Part shown: positions 56,629 to 64,000 of the stretch, in pieces | Numbering within the stretch: the first letter of the stretch is position 1 | How the letters are laid out: every line of letters begins with the position of its first letter | IMG/VR virus record: IMGVR_UViG_3300009305_000018 | DNA from: a virus | DNA: 64,000 nucleotides | Direction: 5' to 3' (one strand) | The notes under the pieces: model-generated | What the model saw: the letters and a program-made list of their open reading frames with translations, nothing else | Databases searched by the model: none | What the model was told of the DNA's origin: nothing | Program-made: the position numbers and the translations under genes

Positions 56629-56811
56629 TTGTCGTTATAGTTAAAACAATTAAAACAATCTAAACAAACATTAATTCTCAAATACCCCCCATCTCTGAAT
56701 TGTGTCTTTTAAATAAACAATAAAGACCGCTGGGGTGAAGAAAAAAGACATATATTGATTTATTCGCGTATAAATACTTGGAATTAAATGGAATTTAAAG
56801 GAGGGAGGAAA

Positions 56812-57141
56812 TTGAGTGGTGTAAACTTGGATGTTATTGATAATGTCGACAAGTCACGCGACCGAATCAAAAGAGGATTACTCAATCAATTATCAGCCGA
56901 TGGCGTTGACGGTGAGCATTACACAGATATGATTGACAAGTATTTGACTATGTGGGATATGGCCCAGGCATTAGAAAAAGACTTTCGCGAAGAAGGCGTA
57001 AAAATCTTCTCCAATACTGGATCTAAAATAAATCCTTCAGTACCTGAGTATGCAAGGACGAATAATCAAATGCTGCGGTTGCTTTCTGAATTAGGATTGA
57101 AGCCCGTAAGACAAGAGCCTGAAGATAATGAAGGATATTAA
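56812..57141 (+). CDS. terS: Terminase small subunit (copy 2)
   Basis: Identical to 15452-15781. Confidence 0.85.
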   Translation: MSGVNLDVIDNVDKSRDRIKRGLLNQLSADGVDGEHYTDMIDKYLTMWDMAQALEKDFREEGVKIFSNTGSKINPSVPEYARTNNQMLRLLSELGLKPVRQEPEDNEGY

Positions 57142-58753
57142 ACATAACAAGTACATCACAGAATATATACAAGCTGTCGAAAAAGGCGAAATCGTAGTTA
57201 ATGAAGATGTTAGGAAACTGATCTCTCTTGTGGAAGAAAAACTAGCGCGGGACGACGTAGTGATTGACGACGAAGCGGTTGACGATGCAATCGAATCTAT
57301 CGAGAAGTATTTCCCGTTCAAATTATTCAAGTGGCAGAAGTTTGTAACGGCTTGTATGTTCGGACTTTTCTTTGATGACGGTTCGCTAGTTTTTAATGAG
57401 TTCCTTCTATATATGGGACGAGGAGCAGGAAAGAATGCATTCCTCGCAGCACTTGCATTTCACTTTTCCGGCAAACAAGATATTCGGGGATACAATGTGG
57501 ATATCGTGGCCACATCCGAAAAACAAGCAAAGACTTCATTCAATGACTTGAAAGATGTATTAGAAGATCATTGGGATGTATTCAAGAAACACTTTAAGAA
57601 AACGATGGAAGTCATTCGTCATTATAAAACTAAAGCAGAAGTAAGTTATTACACGAATAACGCAAAAACAAAAGATGGTTTCCGTCCTGGTGTAGTCGTA
57701 TTCGATGAAATCCACGCCTATGAGACGGAAGACAATATAAAAGTATTTACATCCGGCCTTGGTAAAGTCCCACGTCCACGAAGAATCTATCTGACCACAG
57801 ACGGAAATGTTCGTGATGGATTCTTGGATCAAATGAAAGAAGAAGCCGAACGCGTTTTGAATGGCGAACTTCCAAATTCGAGAATGTTCCCGTTTATGTG
57901 CAGACTCGATGATCCCGAAGAATACCATGATTTCAGAATGTGGGAGAAAGCTAACCCATCCATTGAATACATGCCGGACTTGAAGCTAGAAATGAAGCTT
58001 GAATATGACCGCATGAAAGAACGTCCATCTGCGCGTATTGAGTTCATGACTAAACGGATGAACATACCCTCTCAACTCTCACAGGATGGCGTAGCAGATT
58101 GGGACAAGATAGCGGCAACCAATCAACCCTTTCCGGACTTTACGGGGGCTGAGTGCATCGGCGGTATTGACTATGCTGATACGCGGGACTTTGTTGGTGT
58201 CGGATTGTTATTCAAAAAGGATGGCAAGCGATACTGGAAGAGTCACACGTTCATCAATCATCGTTCGCTGCAACTAACGAACTTTAGGATGGATATTGAA
58301 TTAGCAATCGAGCAAGGGCTTGTCACTATCATCCACGAAGAAACAAATAAACCCGAAATAATAGCGACGTGGTTTTTGGAGCAATCTAAGCTGTATAACA
58401 TTAAGAAGATTACAAGTGATATGTACCGTATCAATCACTTACGAGAAGTATTTGAGGAATACGGCTTTACTCTCGATATTGCACGAAGCGGAACCAAGAC
58501 GCATACCCAAATGCAACCAATCATAGAAGAAATGTTTGCATACAAAAACATCGTATTCGGTAACGATATGATGATGCGGTGGTATGTCAATAATACGTAT
58601 GCAAAGTATGACGGTAAAGGAAATATCACATATGAAAAAATTGAGCCGAAGACGAGAAAGACTGACGGTTTTTTTGCATTCCTTCACGCTTTACAGTTTG
58701 ATATGGAATTGAATGAAAGTAGTGAGTTTTTCCTTGATTCTATTAGGTTTTAA
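57128..58753 (+). CDS. terL: Terminase large subunit (copy 2)
   Basis: Identical to 15768-17393. Confidence 0.95.
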   Translation: MKDIKHNKYITEYIQAVEKGEIVVNEDVRKLISLVEEKLARDDVVIDDEAVDDAIESIEKYFPFKLFKWQKFVTACMFGLFFDDGSLVFNEFLLYMGRGAGKNAFLAALAFHFSGKQDIRGYNVDIVATSEKQAKTSFNDLKDVLEDHWDVFKKHFKKTMEVIRHYKTKAEVSYYTNNAKTKDGFRPGVVVFDEIHAYETEDNIKVFTSGLGKVPRPRRIYLTTDGNVRDGFLDQMKEEAERVLNGELPNSRMFPFMCRLDDPEEYHDFRMWEKANPSIEYMPDLKLEMKLEYDRMKERPSARIEFMTKRMNIPSQLSQDGVADWDKIAATNQPFPDFTGAECIGGIDYADTRDFVGVGLLFKKDGKRYWKSHTFINHRSLQLTNFRMDIELAIEQGLVTIIHEETNKPEIIATWFLEQSKLYNIKKITSDMYRINHLREVFEEYGFTLDIARSGTKTHTQMQPIIEEMFAYKNIVFGNDMMMRWYVNNTYAKYDGKGNITYEKIEPKTRKTDGFFAFLHALQFDMELNESSEFFLDSIRF

Positions 58754-58769
58754 AAGGGGGTGATATAAA

Positions 58770-59924
58770 TTGGGATTTTTAGATGCAATCTTCAAACGTA
58801 ATTCCGAACTAGGCTTCATGTTCGATGTCGAAATGTTTCAACAGACATCCAATCGGGTCCACATGAAACGATTAGCGATAGACACCTGTATTGCTTTTTT
58901 AGCAAGAACTATCAGTCAATCAGAATTCAGAGTAAAAAAAGGCAAGACATTTGAAAAAGATGAACTGTATTATCGATTGAATGTAAGACCTAGTAAAAAT
59001 GTGACTGCCAGTACGTTTTGGCAAACATTTATCCACAAACTGGTCTACGACAACGAATGTTTAATTATCCAAGCGGATGATGGTGACTTATTAATTGCCG
59101 ACGATTTTCAACATAACGAATACGCCGTTTACGAAGATACGTTCACTAACGTTGTAGTGAAAGAATATGAGTTTAAACGTAGCTTCAAACAAAGCGATGT
59201 CATTCACCTGCGATACAGTAACGAAAAACTAGCACCGATGATTGATGGATTGTTTGCTGACTATGGCGAGCTGTTCGGGAGGGTGTTATCTGCTCAGAAA
59301 CGGAAGAATCAGATCCGTGGAACTGTGGATATGGATTTGATTAACGCTAAAACACAAGAGCAACAGACTCAATTGCAAGCGTTTATTGACAATATGTACA
59401 AAGCTATCGATAGCAAAGATGTCGCTATTATTCCACAACAAAAAGGGTTCGAATATAAAGAACTGTCCGCTAACGGTCAAGCCGGTCAGAGTGTGGACGA
59501 GTTAAACAAAGTGTCCGATGGTTTTTTAAATCAAGTAGCCATGGTTATGGGCATTCCAATAAGCTTGCTTCGTGGGGATATGGCTGACGTAGAGAAGCAG
59601 ACGAAGAACTATATGTTTTTCACTGTCTCACCTATTTTAAAGAAAATCAAAGACGAAGCGGATGTTAAGTTTTTCACGGAGAAAGAATACCTCGACGGGA
59701 ATTATATTGACATTCGAAAACCTTCTTATCGTGATATATTCGATCTTTCGACTGCTGTTGATAAATTGAGAGCATCGGGGATTATGAACGGGAATGAGAT
59801 TCGGACTGAACTGGGGCTAGAAACTGTGGATGATGATATTATGACGAAATTCTTTATTACAAAGAACTATCAAGAAAGTTCTGAAGCACTTAAAGGAGGT
59901 GAAAATAGTGACAGTGAAACGTAA
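58770..59924 (+). CDS. Portal protein (copy 2)
   Basis: Identical to 17410-18564. Confidence 0.93.
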   Translation: MGFLDAIFKRNSELGFMFDVEMFQQTSNRVHMKRLAIDTCIAFLARTISQSEFRVKKGKTFEKDELYYRLNVRPSKNVTASTFWQTFIHKLVYDNECLIIQADDGDLLIADDFQHNEYAVYEDTFTNVVVKEYEFKRSFKQSDVIHLRYSNEKLAPMIDGLFADYGELFGRVLSAQKRKNQIRGTVDMDLINAKTQEQQTQLQAFIDNMYKAIDSKDVAIIPQQKGFEYKELSANGQAGQSVDELNKVSDGFLNQVAMVMGIPISLLRGDMADVEKQTKNYMFFTVSPILKKIKDEADVKFFTEKEYLDGNYIDIRKPSYRDIFDLSTAVDKLRASGIMNGNEIRTELGLETVDDDIMTKFFITKNYQESSEALKGGENSDSET

Positions 59925-60651
59925 ATTCGGCTTCAAAAATCAACAATATAATAAAGACTTATCAAGTATCCCTCATAATTTCTCAGCCGATCATGATGAC
60001 GAAAAAGGCGTGACGGAACTAACGATTTACGGTGATATTGGGGAATCATGGTTTTGGGATTCGACATCAGCGATAGATGTAGATAACGCATTGAAGAACG
60101 CAGGCGACAATGATTTAGTTGTTCGATTAAATAGCCCTGGAGGATCAGCATTTGACGGTATTGCGATATACAACAGATTAAATGACCATAAAGGTAAAGT
60201 AACTGTCCATGTAGATGGATGGGCCTGTTCTGCAGCTTCCGTAATTGCTATGGCGGCAGATGAACTAATCATGGGAGCCGGTTCCATGTTGATGATTCAC
60301 GAAGCAAGTACGATTGTTTGGGGTAATAAAGGCGACTTTAGAAAAGAAGCCGAATTACTTGAAAAACTAGAGGATGGAATCATTGACATTTACATGACAA
60401 AAGCCAATATTACTCGTGACGAAATTCGTGATATGGTCAATGCGGAAACGTGGTTTAGTGCGAACGACGCTTTAACAATAGGCTTTGCTACTTCTGCTGC
60501 TGCTGCAACAACAACTGTGGAAGACGACAAAGAAGTTTCTCAATTAAAAGTACAAATGTTAGCTATGCAAAGTGAATTAGATCAATTGAAAAACATAGAA
60601 CCGGAAAAGCCAGCGCCTGTTAAACAAAACAGAGCATCTAGGCTTTTTTAA
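59908..60651 (+). CDS. ClpP-like head protease (copy 2)
   Basis: Identical to 18548-19291. Confidence 0.93.
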   Translation: MTVKRKFGFKNQQYNKDLSSIPHNFSADHDDEKGVTELTIYGDIGESWFWDSTSAIDVDNALKNAGDNDLVVRLNSPGGSAFDGIAIYNRLNDHKGKVTVHVDGWACSAASVIAMAADELIMGAGSMLMIHEASTIVWGNKGDFRKEAELLEKLEDGIIDIYMTKANITRDEIRDMVNAETWFSANDALTIGFATSAAAATTTVEDDKEVSQLKVQMLAMQSELDQLKNIEPEKPAPVKQNRASRLF

Positions 60652-60676
60652 ATACAAAAAATGGAGGAATTAAACA

Positions 60677-61822
60677 ATGACAATTAAATTCAATAAATCA
60701 GAAACATTCCAAAATGCTAAAACTGCACTATCTGCGGTACTTTCGAAAGAAAACGTGACAGAAAAAGAAACGACTGACGCTTACGAAAATTATTTCAATG
60801 TTTTGCAATCAGAGGTTGCTTCAGCAATCACGAAAGAAGTAAATAACGAAATGCTTGATCGTTCTATTCTTCAGCAACGCGGCCAAAACGTTTTAACGTC
60901 TGACGAAACTAAATTCTTCAATGCCGCAGTCCTGGACGGTGGATTCAATGACGATTCAATTCTTCCAGTCACTACGCAAGAACGAGTCTTTGAAGACTTG
61001 ACGACAGAGCACCCTCTGTTAGCTGCACTAGGTTTGCAGGATTTAGGTGCAGTAACTCGCTTTATCTATTCAGACGCGACTAAAGCATACGCATGGGGTC
61101 CACTATTCGGTCCAATTGCAGGGCAAATAAACGCGGCGTTCCGTGAAGAACAAATCAGCCAGTTCAAACTTACGGCATTCGCTGTTATCCCGAACGATAT
61201 GCTAGAACTTGGGCCTGTATGGGTTGAACGCTATGTCCGTACAGTGATTGTGGAAAGCTATTCCGTCGGTCTTGAATATGGATACGTAAACGGTAAAGGC
61301 CCTACTGCTAGTGAACCGATTGGACTAATGAAAGATGTTGCGGTAAATGGTGCTGTATCTGACAAGGTATCTTCCGGTACACTGACATTCGCTCCTTCTC
61401 AATATGGTGAAGTTGTAGCGGGCGAACTTTACGGAGTAGTTAAAGCACTCTCTGTGGATGCAGAAGGCAAGTCACGCAAGGCTCTAAACAATATTGTTAT
61501 GGTTGTAAATCCTGTGGATGCTATCGGCGTACAAGCCCGTAACACGATCCAAACAGCGAACGGACAATGGGTAATGGCGCTACCTTATAATATTCAACCA
61601 GTTGAATCCGAAGAAATTCCAGTCGGTAAAGCGTTGTTCTTCGTGAAAGGTCAATATCTAGCAGCTATCGCGGGCGGTTACAAACTGAAGAAATTCGATC
61701 AGACTCTCGCTATTGAAGATGCTACTCTCTACACTATCAAACAGTTCGCTAACGGTAAGCCAAAGGACAATAAAGCAGCACTTGTATATGACCTGGCTAT
61801 CTCGTTTGCGCCAACAGTCTAA
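60677..61822 (+). CDS. Major capsid protein (copy 2)
   Basis: Identical to 19317-20462. Confidence 0.92.
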   Translation: MTIKFNKSETFQNAKTALSAVLSKENVTEKETTDAYENYFNVLQSEVASAITKEVNNEMLDRSILQQRGQNVLTSDETKFFNAAVLDGGFNDDSILPVTTQERVFEDLTTEHPLLAALGLQDLGAVTRFIYSDATKAYAWGPLFGPIAGQINAAFREEQISQFKLTAFAVIPNDMLELGPVWVERYVRTVIVESYSVGLEYGYVNGKGPTASEPIGLMKDVAVNGAVSDKVSSGTLTFAPSQYGEVVAGELYGVVKALSVDAEGKSRKALNNIVMVVNPVDAIGVQARNTIQTANGQWVMALPYNIQPVESEEIPVGKALFFVKGQYLAAIAGGYKLKKFDQTLAIEDATLYTIKQFANGKPKDNKAALVYDLAISFAPTV

Positions 61823-62068
61823 ACAAAAGGAGTGAAAGATTATGCCTTACAAGGTAATTAAGCAATTCAAGGATAAAGAAGATAAAGGCAGGTTGTATGA
61901 GGTGGGCGACGAGTATCCGAAAGGAAGCTTTAAACCTACCAATAAACGCTTAAATGAATTATCCGAACTTCATCCACACTACAAGGCCGCATTCATCAAG
62001 GAAGAAGAACAGAAAAAACCTGTAGACAAGAAGCAACCAAAAGATTCAAAAAGCAAGGAGTGATGTAA

Positions 62069-62368
62069 ATGGCTATCACGCCCTTAGAACTAACTGAATT
62101 CAAAGATCGCATGCGCATTGAGGATAACGATGAAGATGAAAATCTTACACGTATCCTCTCGGCGTCTTTTTTTTCCTTGAAAACAGCTTGCGGAGATTAC
62201 GATTTGACGAACGAATCATTCAAAGAACTTGTTTTTGAACGTTCCAGGTATGCGTATAACGATGCACTGGAATACTTCAATACGAACTTTTTGAGTCAGA
62301 TTAATAGTCTTGGAGTAGGTAAGGCTCTTGAAGAAATTCGAGTAGGTGATACCGATGCAACCATTTAA
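62069..62368 (+). CDS. Head-tail connector (copy 2)
   Basis: Identical to 20709-21008. Confidence 0.85.
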   Translation: MAITPLELTEFKDRMRIEDNDEDENLTRILSASFFSLKTACGDYDLTNESFKELVFERSRYAYNDALEYFNTNFLSQINSLGVGKALEEIRVGDTDATI

Positions 62369-62714
62369 GTACAAGCCTAAGCTAAACGCCGGAGATTTAA
62401 GACAGACGCTACTTTTTCGATACGAAGGTGAAGGGCAAGACGAAGACGGTTATCCATCCACAGTTGATATTGATTACATTTCCACCAAAGCGAAGTTAAG
62501 AACCTTGAAAGGTAGAACGTTTTATGCGGCTGCCCAAGAGAATATGGAGAATAGTCGAGAGTTTACTATTCGGTATCGTAAGGCGCTTGATGAAAATGAG
62601 AGACCTAGCGGTTTATTCGTAATGTGGAACGGAAAAAGGCATGAAATCGTATCTATTGAAAATGACGACGGTTTAAATGCTTCAATGACTGTCTTTTTAA
62701 AGGTTGTGGATTAA
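62355..62714 (+). CDS. Head closure protein (copy 2)
   Basis: Identical to 20995-21354. Confidence 0.85.
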   Translation: MQPFKYKPKLNAGDLRQTLLFRYEGEGQDEDGYPSTVDIDYISTKAKLRTLKGRTFYAAAQENMENSREFTIRYRKALDENERPSGLFVMWNGKRHEIVSIENDDGLNASMTVFLKVVD

Positions 62715-63095
62715 GTGGAACTTAAATTCGAAGGACTGGATGCGTTGCATCGGCGGCTAGCTGATATGGCTAACTTCAAAGCAACTGAAAAAGTAACGCT
62801 TGAAAAAGCAGGTGAACATTTACGGAACAAAATCGAAGAAAATGTTTACTCATTCGGTTTGAAAAAACGCTCAGGCAAGTCAGAAAAAAGTTTTGTGCTT
62901 AATCGTGAAATCATAAACGGTACTATAAAAGTCGGGTTGTCTAATCAGAGTAATGACGCGTTTTATTTGTACTATCACGAACTAGGCACTTCGAAGATTC
63001 CTGCTCGACCGTTCATGCGTCCTACTTTTGAACAGGAGAAAGCGAAAATCGAACAGATCATGGCTCAAGAGATAAGGAGGGGGTTAGGGATATGA
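62715..63095 (+). CDS. HK97 gp10-like protein (copy 2)
   Basis: Identical to 21355-21735. Confidence 0.88.
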   Translation: MELKFEGLDALHRRLADMANFKATEKVTLEKAGEHLRNKIEENVYSFGLKKRSGKSEKSFVLNREIINGTIKVGLSNQSNDAFYLYYHELGTSKIPARPFMRPTFEQEKAKIEQIMAQEIRRGLGI

Positions 63096-63424
63096 ACAGT
63101 TTGATAATGAGCACTCTTAAACCTACTGGAGTTCCTGTCTACCCCCTCAACTATCCGGGCGAAGCAACAACGTATATTACGTTCTTTGAATACAACGAGA
63201 TGGGCGCTCTTTACGCAGAAGATGTGGAAGTAAAGACGCGCTATTCCTATCAAGTTGATATTTGGTCAAAAGGTAATTATACGGCTGTCGTTAAACAGGT
63301 ATTCGAATTAATGACAGCTGCAGGATTCAGACGTAACGGCGCGCAAGAACTTTACGAAAAAGATACGAAGATAAATCATAAAGTTTTCAGATTTTATTAT
63401 GACAACACACTAGGAGGAATTTAA
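63092..63424 (+). CDS. Tail terminator-like protein (copy 2)
   Basis: Identical to 21732-22064. Confidence 0.8.
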   Translation: MNSLIMSTLKPTGVPVYPLNYPGEATTYITFFEYNEMGALYAEDVEVKTRYSYQVDIWSKGNYTAVVKQVFELMTAAGFRRNGAQELYEKDTKINHKVFRFYYDNTLGGI

Positions 63425-63426
63425 TT

Positions 63427-64000
63427 ATGGCAGGAGTACAAATTGGGTTAAAAGATTTATTCTTTGCAGAGATTGACGAAACGACAGGTACGTACGGTAC
63501 GCCCTATAAGATTGCAAAGGCAATTGAAGCATCGGTGACGGCAAACGTTAGTACCGTGGTTCTCTACGCTGACGATGGAGCGGCAGAAACGGCAAGTTCT
63601 GAGGGTGAAACAGAAATTTCACTCGGGATTGACCAACTGACTAATGAAGTTTATGCAAAATTGCTAGGCAAAACAATCAATAGTGATGGTGTAGTACAAG
63701 ATTCAAGCGGCGATATCGCTCCAAAAGGCGCTTTGATGTTCCGTTCACTTAAATCCAACGGAGGGTATCGCCACATTGTGTACTACAAAGGTTCATTCGC
63801 GCCACCAGAAGAGTCTTTCACAACTAAAGGTGAATCTATCGAATACAACACACCTACGATTGTGGGGACGTTTGTACACTCTGACACTGTATTGAATGCT
63901 AAAGGAGAAGGTTTGAAACGTAGCGTTGTAGATTCTGACGACACTGCACTATCAGATCCTACTATTGTCACGAACTGGTTCACAGCTGTTTACGAAGAAG
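63427..64000 (+). CDS. Major tail protein (copy 2, cut by window end)
   Basis: Identical to 22067-22640. Confidence 0.88.
   Translation, partial: MAGVQIGLKDLFFAEIDETTGTYGTPYKIAKAIEASVTANVSTVVLYADDGAAETASSEGETEISLGIDQLTNEVYAKLLGKTINSDGVVQDSSGDIAPKGALMFRSLKSNGGYRHIVYYKGSFAPPEESFTTKGESIEYNTPTIVGTFVHSDTVLNAKGEGLKRSVVDSDDTALSDPTIVTNWFTAVYEE

Larger units (their letters stand above)
41361..64000. repeat. Direct tandem copy of positions 1-22640
   Basis: Every ORF in the track recurs with identical translation at +41,360 (213->41573, 22423->63783); spot-checked DNA is identical. Confidence 0.97.

Overview
The window holds a complete temperate siphovirus genome of 41,360 bp, followed by an apparently exact second copy of its first 22,640 bp (position n = n+41,360). 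No host DNA is visible. Gene content, Shine-Dalgarno sites and sigma-A-type promoters point to a Bacillales host. Gene order: cI/cro switch with three palindromic operators; early genes (HNH-AP2 nuclease, compact C5 DNA methyltransferase, Gam-like protein, Sak4-like AAA ATPase, SF2 helicase, DUF669-type SSB, primase-D5 helicase, iteron origin, VRR-NUC); a divergent RHH/NUMOD4-HNH cassette; many small ORFs; dimeric dUTPase; RinA-like activator; a structured late leader; HNH, cos and terminase; HK97-type head; long non-contractile tail with a -1 frameshift chaperone; holin and M15 endolysin; a lysogenic accessory block; a large serine integrase; and XRE regulators. The most unusual parts: (1) a ParM actin-like ATPase plus ParR-like operon preceded by a near-consensus sporulation sigma-E promoter, divergent from a tandem-RHH-like gene, in a phage that also encodes an integrase; (2) an integrase with no in-frame ATG/GTG/TTG upstream of its catalytic serine, but an ATC at optimal SD spacing; (3) an SOS-like box and a 24-aa peptide resembling a repressor dimerisation helix, in a phage with no recognisable ImmA, S24 or antirepressor; (4) a perfect internal RBS and ATG in the endolysin; (5) a nested-hairpin RNA plus terminator ahead of the late genes. 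All family calls come from motif recognition by eye, not database searches.
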